Source of the DNA: an uncultured Acidobacteriota bacterium
Lineage (GTDB): Bacteria; Acidobacteriota; Thermoanaerobaculia; UBA5066
NCBI GenBank assembly: GCA_963779415.1
Contig: CAVZYA010000001.1
Span: 512,001-576,000 of the forward strand
Reading direction: 5' to 3'
DNA: 64,000 nt
Shown: piece by piece, positions 46,910 to 56,066 of the stretch
Position numbering within the stretch: position 1 is the stretch's first letter
Layout of the letters: every line of letters starts with the position of its first letter
The notes under the pieces: generated by a model
The model's input: only the letters and a program-made list of their open reading frames with translations
What the model was told of the DNA's origin: nothing
Databases searched by the model: none
Program-made: the position numbers and the translations under genes

Positions 46910-48832
46910 GCACGCCCGTCAACATCCGCCTGGCCACGACCAAGGCCGTCCTCTGGCTCCTCGTCGGCGTGGCGACCGCCGTGGCGGCGGTGCGCTACGC
47001 GTACGGCCTCGGCCTGACAACGGCCCTCACGGACCTCACCCCCTGGGGTCTCTGGATCGGACTCGACGTCATGGCCGGTGTGGCGCTCGCCGCCGGGGGC
47101 TTCGTCATCGCGGCCACCGTGTACGTCTTTCACCGCGAGCGCTACCACGCTCTCGTCCGGCCCGCCGTCCTGACGGCTTTCCTCGGTTACGTGGCGGTCG
47201 TCCTCGGACTGCTCGTCGACCTCGGCCGGCCCTGGAACATCTGGCGAATGACCGTCCGCTGGCAGCCAACCTCCGCCCTCTTCGAGGTCGGCTGGTGCGT
47301 GATGCTCTACCTGACCGTCCTGACCCTCGAGTTCGCCCCGGTCGTCTTCGAGGGCTTGCGCTGGAATCGAGCTTTCGCTCTGCTCAAGCGCGCGACCCTC
47401 CCCCTCGTCATCGTCGGCATCGCTCTCTCCACGCTGCACCAGTCCTCCCTCGGGACGCTCCTCGTCATCGCACCCGAACGCCTCCACCCGCTCTGGTACT
47501 CGCCCATCCTGCCTCTGCTTTTCCTCGTCTCGGCCATCGGCCTCGGGCTCGCCACCGTCGTCGTGGAGGATGTAACGAGCACGTGGCTCTACCGGCGGCA
47601 GCCGGAGTGGGACCTCCTGCCGGCCCTGACGCGCGCCTCGGCTCTGGTTCTTCTGCTCTACCTCGCGCTCCGTGTCGGCGACCTGGCTTTTCGCGGGACG
47701 CTGGCACGTGTCCTGGAAGGCTCGTGGTGGTCGGCGCTCTTCGTCGTCGAGCTGCTGGTGAGCGTCGTCGTCCCCGTCCTGATCTTCCTCCTCCCCTCGA
47801 CGCGCAAGAGCCCCCGCGCCCTCTCCGTGGGCGCTTTCCTCGTCATTTCGGGATTCGTCTTCAACCGGGCCATGGTGGGAGGGATCGCCCAGCTCGCCCG
47901 GACCCGGGACTTCTACGTCCCGGCGGCCACCGAGCTCGCCATCAGCCTCGGGATCATCGCGGTGATGGCGCTGGTCTTCATGTTCTTCGTGGAGCACCTC
48001 GGAGTTTGGGAGACGCCGCCAGCGGCACCCGACCACTTCCGGCCGGCCGTGACCGACCGGGCCTCGGCCGTGCGCCTCCGCGGGCCCTGGTTCGGAAGCG
48101 TGCAACGCTCGGGTCTCGCGTGGGTCGTCGGCGTCCTCCTCGGACTGGGGATCGTCTCGGCCGAAGTCCGTCACCGCGGCATGGTCCGGGCGACTCCCGT
48201 GGCTCCGCCCCGGACGGTCACCGTGGACCGGTCGGATCGCCCCGGGGGGCTTCTGCATCAGCTCCGGCTTCTCCCGGCGACGGCCACCGGAGAGACGACC
48301 GAGAACGCGCTCCTCCTCTCGGCGGCCGGGAGCGGGCGGTACGTCCTTTTCGAGCATGACCAGCACCAGAAGAGGCTCGGCGGCGTCTCTTCGTGCCGCC
48401 GATGCCATCACCTCAACCTGCCTCTCGACAAGGCGACGCCCTGCGCGTCGTGTCACCGCGACATGTACGCGGCGACCGACATTTTCGGGCACGAGCGGCA
48501 TGTCGTTTCCCTCGGCCGCAACGCCTCCTGCTCGAGGTGCCACGCTCCCGGAAGGGCGCAGACGAGGGAGGCGTCGACCCCCTGTGCGTCGTGCCATGCC
48601 GCGGAAGGCGGCCCGCCCGTCGGCCTTGGCGAGAGAAAGGATGCCGCCGGTATCGCGCCCGGCTATCGGCGAGTCCCTCCACTCCCTCTGCATCTCGTGC
48701 CATCGGTCCGAGGAGGCGCGGACCGGACGAAAGCCGTATCTCTCGCGCTGTCCGGCCTGTCATCGCGGGGCGGCCGCTGGCGACGAGAACCTCCGGGTCC
48801 GCGAAGGCGCGGTCCTCCTGGCGAGAAGATGA
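46906..48832 (+). CDS. NrfD/HybB/HmcC-family membrane subunit fused to multiheme cytochrome c (frameshift near 48670)
   Basis: PWGLWIG, GVALAAGG, DLGRPW, SALFEV, LHQSSLG; four in-frame CxxCH plus CISCH and CPACH in the next frame ending at 48832. Confidence 0.8.
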
Positions 48833-49255
48833 TGCGCGAAATGCCGGCTCACCCACGCCCGCGGGTGGCGGTGGTCGATGACGAGCCAGACGTCCTGACG
48901 TTCGTGCGGCTCGCTCTCGACGACCGGGGGTTCGACGTCCTGACCCTCGACCGCGTCGCCGGAGCGCTTCCCGCGCCTCCACGCCTTCGCCCCGGACGCG
49001 GTCTGCCTCGACCTCTTGATGCCGGAGCGGACGGGACTCTCGCTCCTCGTCGAGATCCGGAAGGATCCCGATCTGGCGAAGGTCCCGGTGCTCATCCTCT
49101 CGGCACTCAACGCCCGGGAGGAGCTCCTCGCGACCCTCCGCCGCGAGGGACTCGGCCCGGAGCCTGCCGCCTTCGTCGAGAAGCCGCTGGATATGGAGTC
49201 GCTGGTCCGGGCCTTGCGCGAGTGCCTGGGGATCGCGGTAGGAGGTGGGCCATGA
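48829..49255 (+). CDS. Response regulator receiver protein (frameshift near 48975)
   Basis: VVDDEPD in one frame; CLDLLMP...VPVLILSA...FVEKP in the next. Confidence 0.75.
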
Positions 49256-51126
49256 CGACGCTTGCTCGCCGGCAGGCCCTCTTGCGCGCCGGGCTGTTCG
49301 ACGAACATTCCGAGCGAAATCGCGATCATCGACCGGACGCTGCGGCTCGTCGACAACAACCGCGCCTGCGTCGAGCAGCACGGCGAGGGGCTCGGAGCAG
49401 CCGTGCTATCGAGTCCTCAGGGGCCGGAACACGCCCTGCAGGGACTGCCCGGCGCCCCGAGTCTTCGCCGAGGGCCGGCCCTCTGTGCTGGAGACGACCG
49501 GGCGCGACAAACAGGCCCGGGCGTTCCCACCTCCTGCTGCAGCTCATCCCGCTCCGCGGGCGCGAAAGGCGACGTGACCCACCTCGCGGAGCTCGCCATC
49601 GACCTGACGGCATCGAGACAGCTCCAGAGCGAATACCAGACGCTCTTCGAGAAAGTGCCGTGCTACGTCTGCGTTCTGAACCGGGACTTCCGGGTCGTCA
49701 AGGCGAACGAGCGGTTCCGTGAGGTCTTCGGGGTCGCGGCCGGAGAGCCCTGCCACATGGTCTACAAGCGGCGGCCGATGAAATGCACGAACTGCGCCGC
49801 GGAGAAGGTCTTTGCCGACGGCGTCCTGCGCACGGCGCACCATGCCGGCGTCACCCGTGAGGGGAAGGCCGCCTACTACATCGTGAGCACCGCGCCTCTG
49901 CTCCACTCGGGAAACGAGGTCACACACGTCATCCAGATGGCCCTGGACGTGACCGAGCTGCGCGCCTTGAGGCAGGAGCTGGATCAGGCGAGCCGCCTTC
50001 GCGAGGCGCTCGTGGAGACCTCGCCGGAGGCCATCGTCGTCCTGGACAACGCCGGGAAGGTCCTGATCTTCAACCGCGCCGCCGAGGCGCTCTGGGGCGT
50101 GGCGCGCCAACGCGTGGTCGGCCACGTCTGGCGCTCCGCGTTCCTGGAGGCCTCGGTGGTCGATCTCTATCGCGGCCGTCAGGAGCGCCTCGAGCTCGAG
50201 GAGACGCTGGCCGCGCCCCGGCAGGGCGAGCCGATCCCGGTGCTCGCGTCGGGCGTGACGTCTGCGGGATGAGGACGGGGGCGTCGCTGGGGCGGCCCTG
50301 CTGCTGCACGACCTTCGGGCGCGAAAGCAGCTCGAGAAGGAGAAGCTGGAGGCCGAGCGCCTGGCCGCCGTGGGCCAGACGGTCGCCGGGCTGGCCCACG
50401 GCATCAAGAACATTCTCACCGGTCTCGAGGGCGGAATGTACGTGACCTCCACGGGCCTCGAACGGCACGACGACGCCCGCATCCGCCAGGGCTGGGGGAT
50501 GCTGGAGCGCAACATCGGCAGGATCTCCACGCCTCGCCCGCAACCTGCTGGAGTTCTCGCGCGGCGAGGAGCCGCACCCGGAGATGGTGGATCCGGCGGC
50601 CCTCGTGGCCGAGGTCGCCGACCTCTATCGCGACAGCGCCCGCCAGCACGGCGTCGAGATCGTGGTCGAGGCGAACGGGCCCGTGCGGCCCGCCTCGCTC
50701 GACCACAAGGGCGTGGCGAGCTGCCTGGAGAACCTGGTCTCCAACGCCCTCGACGCCTGCCTCGTCAGCCGCCGCCCCTCGCCCCGGATCACGCTTCGCG
50801 CCATGGATCACGGTGATAACCTCGAGTTCGAAGTCGCCGACACCGGGTGCGGCATGGACTACGAGGTCAAGCAGAAGGTCTTCACGAGCTTCTTCTCCAC
50901 GAAGGGCGCCGGGGGGACGGGGATCGGCCTGCTCCTGACGCGGAAGATCGTCCAGCAGCACGGCGGCGCCATCACGTTCGAGACGACGCCGGAGACGGGG
51001 ACCACGTTCCGGCTGACGTTCCCCCGGGAGCGCCTGCCACGACCGGCGGCGGGGGCAACGGGGCCCCGGAAGGCAGTTCCCGCCGAGAGCGGCGCCGGGG
51101 CGGTCCCCGAGGCCAGGAAGGAGTGA
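49252..51126 (+). CDS. Cytoplasmic multi-PAS histidine kinase (several frameshifts)
   Basis: PAS segments spread across frames; LAHGIKN H-box, NLVSNALDA, DTGCG, FFSTKG, GTGIGL. Confidence 0.72.
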
Positions 51127-51129
51127 TCG

Positions 51130-51677
51130 ATGCGTCAGGCAACCGAGGTGACGGTACTGGTGGTGGACGACGACCCGGACGTCACGACCTTCCTCGGGAC
51201 GATCCTCGGCGACGCGGGGATGCATGTGGTCACCGCGCACGACGGCCAGGAGGCTCTGGACCGGCTGCACGAGTTCACGCCGGACCTCATCTCCCTCGAC
51301 CTCGTGATGCCGGGCAAGTCCGGCGTGCGGCTCCTGCACGACCTGCGCAAGCATCCGAGCTGGCAGCGGATCCCGGTGATCATCGTCACCGGTCACGCGC
51401 GGGACGAAAAGATACGGAGGGATCTCGACCAGGTGCTGGCGGAGAGCGCCATCTCGGGTCCGTCCGTCTATCTGGAGAAGCCGGTCACGGCGCGGGCCTA
51501 TCTGGAGACAGGTCTGCCGGGTCGTCGGTGTGACGCCGCCCGGGCGGGGGACCGGCCCCCGGGCCGGACCGGCTGAAACACGAACTCGCCGAGCTGCTCG
51601 CCGGGGCCGACGAGGAGAGCCTGGCGCGGGCGATCGAGACTCTCAAGGCCGGGCGGCCGGTCAAGACGCCAGCCTAG
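51130..51677 (+). CDS. Response regulator receiver protein with C-terminal extension (frameshifted tail)
   Basis: VVDDDPD, SLDLVMP, YLEKP; tail LKHELAELL...KTPA* recovered in other frames. Confidence 0.72.
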
Positions 51678-51697
51678 GCGCGGAAGGGGAAGACGTC

Positions 51698-52094
51698 ATG
51701 GAAAAGCCGGGACGGATCCTCGTCATCGACGACGATGCGGACATCGTCGCCTACCTCGGAACGATCCTTCGGGACCACGGCTACGAAGTCCTCTCCGCCA
51801 CCGACGGCGCTGCGGGTCTCGAGCTGGCCCGCCGCGAGCGCCCCGACCTGATCTGCCTGGACATCGCCATGCCGCCGCCGACGGGCGTCCGCGTCTACCG
51901 CGATCTGCGGGACGATCCCGGCCCTGAAGGGGATCCCGGTGGTGATGGTGACCGGCGTCATGCCGCAGTTCAAGGAGTTCATCCATCACCGCAAGAAGGT
52001 CCCGCCCCCGGACGGCTACATCCAGAAGCCGTTCGAACCCGCGGACGTGATCGCCACTCTCGGAAAGCTCCTGGCGCCGGCCGCGCGCGCCTGA
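51698..52094 (+). CDS. Response regulator receiver protein (frameshift near 51922)
   Basis: VIDDDAD, CLDIAMP; IPVVMVTG...YIQKPF in a shifted frame ending at TGA 52094. Confidence 0.75.
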
Positions 52095-52097
52095 CGG

Positions 52098-53543
52098 TTA
52101 CGTCGCCAGGTGGATCCGCTTCGTGTAGGCCATCTCCTCGATCTTGTCGGTCGAGCCGTAGAGGCCGCTGTCGCGGATGCCGCCGATGGGTAGCGTGTAG
52201 TCGCTGTAGAGAGGCCCCTCGTTGATCATGACCCGCCCGGCCGCGAGGTCCCGTCCGATCGCCGCCGCCTGCTCCCGCTCCCCGAAGATGCTGGCTCCGA
52301 GGCCGTAGGTCCCGTCGTTGGCGAGTGCCACCGCCTCGTCGACCGTATCGAAGACGACGAAGGAGCGGACGGGCGCGAAGGCCTCCTCGGTCCAGAGGAA
52401 GGGCTTCTCGTCATCGGGTTTTCCGAGAAGCTCCCCTTTCTCGAACTCGATCAGCGTCGGGTAGAAGAAGGGTCCGTCGGCCTTCCCTCCGATCAGGAGG
52501 CGGCCCCCCCGTTCCAGCGCCTCCTGGACCTGGTACGTCGCGATGTCCAGGCTCTCGTGCTTCCCGATCGGGCCGATGTCCGTCTCCTCGAGTCGGGGAT
52601 CGCCCATCTTGAGCCGGCCGATTCCCTCGATGAGGCGCTCGCGGAACGCCGAGGCGACGGGGCGCTGGACGAGGAACCGCTTGGCGGCGATGCAGAGCTG
52701 GCCGCTGTGCGCAAACCCGCCGAGGAGGCCGGCGGCCGCGGCCTGTGGCAGGTCGGCGCTCGCGAGGACGATGAACGGGTCGTTTCCCGCGAGTTCGGGA
52801 ACGTACTTCTTCATCCGGCCGCCGACGTGGAGCATGCACTCGCCGAGCGTCTTCTTCGTCCGTTCGAGATAAGACCCCATCTTGATCAGGTTGTCCTTCC
52901 CGACGGGGCTGGACGCATAGTGGACGAGGACGTCGACCTCGGGGTTCTCGATGAACTCCCACGCGGCGTCCTCGCCGGGGCAAGTGGAGACCTGCGCGCC
53001 GTCCGCCGGGCAGCCCGCCTCGACGACGATCTGGACGATTCGCTGGCAGATCAGGGGAACGAGGCTGGAGGGCTTCTCGATGACGGCGTTCCCGGCCCCG
53101 AGCGCGGCCAGCATCGTGTAGAGCGGGACGACGAGGGGCGTGTTCCGCGGCGGGAGGACGCCAACGACGCCGTACGGCTCGCGGTAGAGGATGTTCCTTC
53201 CCTTGGCCGCGTGAAGCTCCCTCGGTTTGAGCAGCTCGAGACGCCGCTCGAGGTTCGCGGCGCTGGCGATGGCCCGCTCCATCTCCCACCGCGCGAATTT
53301 TCGCGGCTGGCCCCCTTCACGAACCATCAGCTCCTCGAACTCGGCCCGCCTCGCCTCGAGCCGCGCCGCCACGCGGCGCCCCAGCCCGGCCCGCTCCTCG
53401 AAGGTCGTCTTTCGGACGGATTCCTTGGCCAGAAACGCCTTGTGGATCCTGGCGCGCAGGTCCCGGCGCGTGTCCACCGCCACCTCGCCGATCACCTCGC
53501 CCGAGAACTTGTCGCGGATCTCCGTCCTTCTGAGGCTGAGCAT
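52098..53543 (-). CDS. Divergent aldehyde dehydrogenase family protein
   Basis: REPYGVV, ELAGND, GQLC (catalytic Cys), EEAFAPV, YGLGAS; atypical PPRNTP and HYASS. Confidence 0.85.
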   Translation of the reverse strand: MLSLRRTEIRDKFSGEVIGEVAVDTRRDLRARIHKAFLAKESVRKTTFEERAGLGRRVAARLEARRAEFEELMVREGGQPRKFARWEMERAIASAANLERRLELLKPRELHAAKGRNILYREPYGVVGVLPPRNTPLVVPLYTMLAALGAGNAVIEKPSSLVPLICQRIVQIVVEAGCPADGAQVSTCPGEDAAWEFIENPEVDVLVHYASSPVGKDNLIKMGSYLERTKKTLGECMLHVGGRMKKYVPELAGNDPFIVLASADLPQAAAAGLLGGFAHSGQLCIAAKRFLVQRPVASAFRERLIEGIGRLKMGDPRLEETDIGPIGKHESLDIATYQVQEALERGGRLLIGGKADGPFFYPTLIEFEKGELLGKPDDEKPFLWTEEAFAPVRSFVVFDTVDEAVALANDGTYGLGASIFGEREQAAAIGRDLAAGRVMINEGPLYSDYTLPIGGIRDSGLYGSTDKIEEMAYTKRIHLAT

Positions 53544-53590
53544 CTCTTCGCGATGCTAGCACCGGCCTCCGACGACGATTTCCTCGGAAC

Positions 53591-53606
53591 TGTGAAAGGT
53601 TTCACG
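53591..53606. promoter_or_regulatory. Crp/Fnr- or Rex-type operator (site 1 of 2)
   Basis: TGTGA-AAGGTT-TCACG between the divergent ALDH and OFA transporter genes. Confidence 0.6.
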
Positions 53607-53672
53607 GATAAACGGGGAGCTTCGGCCTATCCATGGAGGGTCAGGCGGGGAGAGTGCGGGACGCTGCGGTTT

Positions 53673-53688
53673 GGTGAGACGTTTCACA
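53673..53688. promoter_or_regulatory. Crp/Fnr- or Rex-type operator (site 2 of 2)
   Basis: GGTGA-GACGTT-TCACA upstream of ATG 53726. Confidence 0.55.
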
Positions 53689-53725
53689 ACAACAACCGTG
53701 CAACCGGCATAGTGGAGAGAAAACC

Positions 53726-54985
53726 ATGGAAGAGAAAACGCTCAGTCGCTCCTGGCGCATCGTCGGGGGCCTCTTCATGAACCTGGCGCTCGGCTCTCTG
53801 TATGCCTGGAGCGTCTTCGTCGCGCCCCTGGAGAAGGAATTCGGGTGGAAGCGGGCGGACACGTCCCTCGTCTTCACCTGGGCCGTCGTCGTCTTCGCGA
53901 TCGCCTTCATTCTCGCGGGGCGGCTGCAGGACAAGCTCGGGCCCTTCAGGATCTCTCTCACCGGCTGCATCCTCCTGACGGCGGGTTTCATCCTCTGCAT
54001 GTGGACCAGCAGCCTGACCTATTTGATCATCTGCTTCGGCGTCCTCGTCGGCATCGGGAATGGCTTCGGCTACGCGACGCCGATTCCCGTCATGGCGAAG
54101 TGGTTCCCGGACAAGCGAGGCCTCGCCGTCGGACTGGCCGTGGCCGGCTACGGGGGCGGCTCGGCCATCTTCGGACCGCTCGCGAATCTCTGGCTCATCC
54201 CGGCGTTCGGGTGGCGCAGCACCTTCGTCATCCTCGGAGCGATCTTCTTCGTCATGACGCTCATCGGCTCTTTCCTGCTGAAGAACCCTCCGGTGGGCTA
54301 CCGGCCGCCGGGATGGACGCCCGCCGCCGCGGCCAGGACGACGGCCACGGCCTACGAGTTCTCTCCCGGTGAGATGTGGCGCACCCCGGCGGCGTATTTC
54401 ATGTGGATCGCGTACGCGCTGGGCACGTCGGCCGGTCTCATGGTCATAAGCCAGCTCGTCCCCTTCGCCAACAGCATGAAAATCCCGAGCGAGGCGCTGG
54501 CGGCGATCACGCTCGTCATCGGCGCGGCGGGGAACGCCTCGGGCCGGATCTTCTCGGGGTGGATGTCCGACGCACTCGGACGCCTCAATGTCCTGCGCCT
54601 CATGATCGGCATCTCCGCGGTCGCCATGCCGGTCCTCTACCTTACCGGCGGCAACGTGGGGCTGCTCTACGTCATGGTCTTCGTCGTCTACTGGTGCTAC
54701 GGCACGCAGCTTTCGGTGAACGCGTCCACGACGTCCGATTTCTGGGGGACGAAGAACGCCGGGATCAACTACGGCATCCTGTTCACCGCCTGGGGCGTGG
54801 CCGGCATCCTGGGACCCCGGATCGGCGGCGCGTTGTTCGACAAGTACAAGAACTACGAAGCGGCTTTCTTCGTCGCGGCGGGCCTTGCCGTCGTGGCCCT
54901 CCTCTTCGAGCTTCTGGCGAGACGCCCCGCCGCGCCGGTGCAGACCGGCGTGGAGGCGCGACTCGCCGCCGGGGTCAAGGCCTGA
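53726..54985 (+). CDS. MFS transporter, OFA family (paralog of 10637..11863)
   Basis: LGSLYAWS, AGRLQDKLGP, KWFPDKRGLAVG, SDALGR, DFWGTKNAGINYG. Confidence 0.9.
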   Translation: MEEKTLSRSWRIVGGLFMNLALGSLYAWSVFVAPLEKEFGWKRADTSLVFTWAVVVFAIAFILAGRLQDKLGPFRISLTGCILLTAGFILCMWTSSLTYLIICFGVLVGIGNGFGYATPIPVMAKWFPDKRGLAVGLAVAGYGGGSAIFGPLANLWLIPAFGWRSTFVILGAIFFVMTLIGSFLLKNPPVGYRPPGWTPAAAARTTATAYEFSPGEMWRTPAAYFMWIAYALGTSAGLMVISQLVPFANSMKIPSEALAAITLVIGAAGNASGRIFSGWMSDALGRLNVLRLMIGISAVAMPVLYLTGGNVGLLYVMVFVVYWCYGTQLSVNASTTSDFWGTKNAGINYGILFTAWGVAGILGPRIGGALFDKYKNYEAAFFVAAGLAVVALLFELLARRPAAPVQTGVEARLAAGVKA

Positions 54986-55120
54986 TGGAGATCCTGCGGC
55001 TGTCGCCCGGGCCGTAGCCGATCCCGGTGAATCTCCGGACCTCCGCCAAGGTCTGCCGGGCGAAGGCGAGGGCCCGGGCGGCACCTTCTCGGCGTACCGG
55101 ATCGCTTCGAAGGGCTCCTT

Positions 55121-55981
55121 CTAGGAAGAAAAGAGAGCGGCGGCGTTTTCGAAGAGGATCTTCCGCTTCACATCGGCCGGAAGCGGGAGCGAGAGAAACT
55201 CCTCCACGTTCCGGCGCATCGACCGGACCCCCATCGAGGGCCAGTCCGTGCCCCACAGGACCCGGTCGGCAACGTCGCCGAGCCTCGGGAGGACGTCGAG
55301 AAGCCTCCTCGGCGGGATCCCCGAGACGTCGAGCCGGACGTTCGGATGCCGGCGGACCAGAAAGAAGGCCGTGTCATACCAGAGCGGCCGGCCCGCGTGA
55401 CAGAGGACGAGGGTCGTCCCGGGAAAGTCGACCGCCACGTCGTCGCACGGCATCGGGTCGGCGTGGACGTTCCGGGCTCCGGGGAATATGGACGTCCCGG
55501 TATGGATCAGGACGGGCCGCCTCGCTTCGCCGGCCAGCCGGTAGACCTCGGCGAGGGAGGGGCAATCGGTCCTGTAGGCGTTCGCCGCCAGCTCCATGTG
55601 CGGGGGGTGGATCTTGATCGCGCCGACGCGGTGGACGTCGAGGAGCCTCTTCATCTCCCCGGCGACGTCGCGCGTGTGCCGAGGATGGATTCCGCCGACC
55701 GGGACGAGACGGTCGCGGTGTCCCGCGACGTATCGGGCGATCCAGGGGTTCACGCTCGCCGTGAGGCCCATGACCTCGGGCGAGACGGAGGTGATCAGCG
55801 CGGCCCGGGCGATTCCCTCGGCGTCCATCGCCTTGAGAAGCTCGTCGGCCGACTCGCCCACCCGCGCGACGAGGTCGAGGTCTTCCCGTCCCTCCGTCAT
55901 CGCCCGCCGGGCCCCTTCCTTGAGCTGGTCGTTCGGGCCGACGTGGATGTGGGCGTCGAAAACCGGGAATGACGGCGACAC
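55121..55981 (-). CDS. Amidohydrolase-2 family metallohydrolase
   Basis: DAHIH, KIHP, IHTG, CHAG, WGTDWP, FENA. Confidence 0.88.
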   Translation of the reverse strand: MSPSFPVFDAHIHVGPNDQLKEGARRAMTEGREDLDLVARVGESADELLKAMDAEGIARAALITSVSPEVMGLTASVNPWIARYVAGHRDRLVPVGGIHPRHTRDVAGEMKRLLDVHRVGAIKIHPPHMELAANAYRTDCPSLAEVYRLAGEARRPVLIHTGTSIFPGARNVHADPMPCDDVAVDFPGTTLVLCHAGRPLWYDTAFFLVRRHPNVRLDVSGIPPRRLLDVLPRLGDVADRVLWGTDWPSMGVRSMRRNVEEFLSLPLPADVKRKILFENAAALFSS

Positions 55982-56066
55982 CCGCGGGATAATAACGAAG
56001 CCCGGCCGTCGCTCCTTCGGTGCTAAGCTGAAGGGGACGGGGGGAAAGGGGACGACTTCCGCGCCG

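Noticed and set aside
46813-49722. 969-aa NrfD-cytochrome-receiver mega-fusion
   Set aside because: Read-through arises from frameshifts; the receiver and kinase have their own coupled starts at 48829 and 49252
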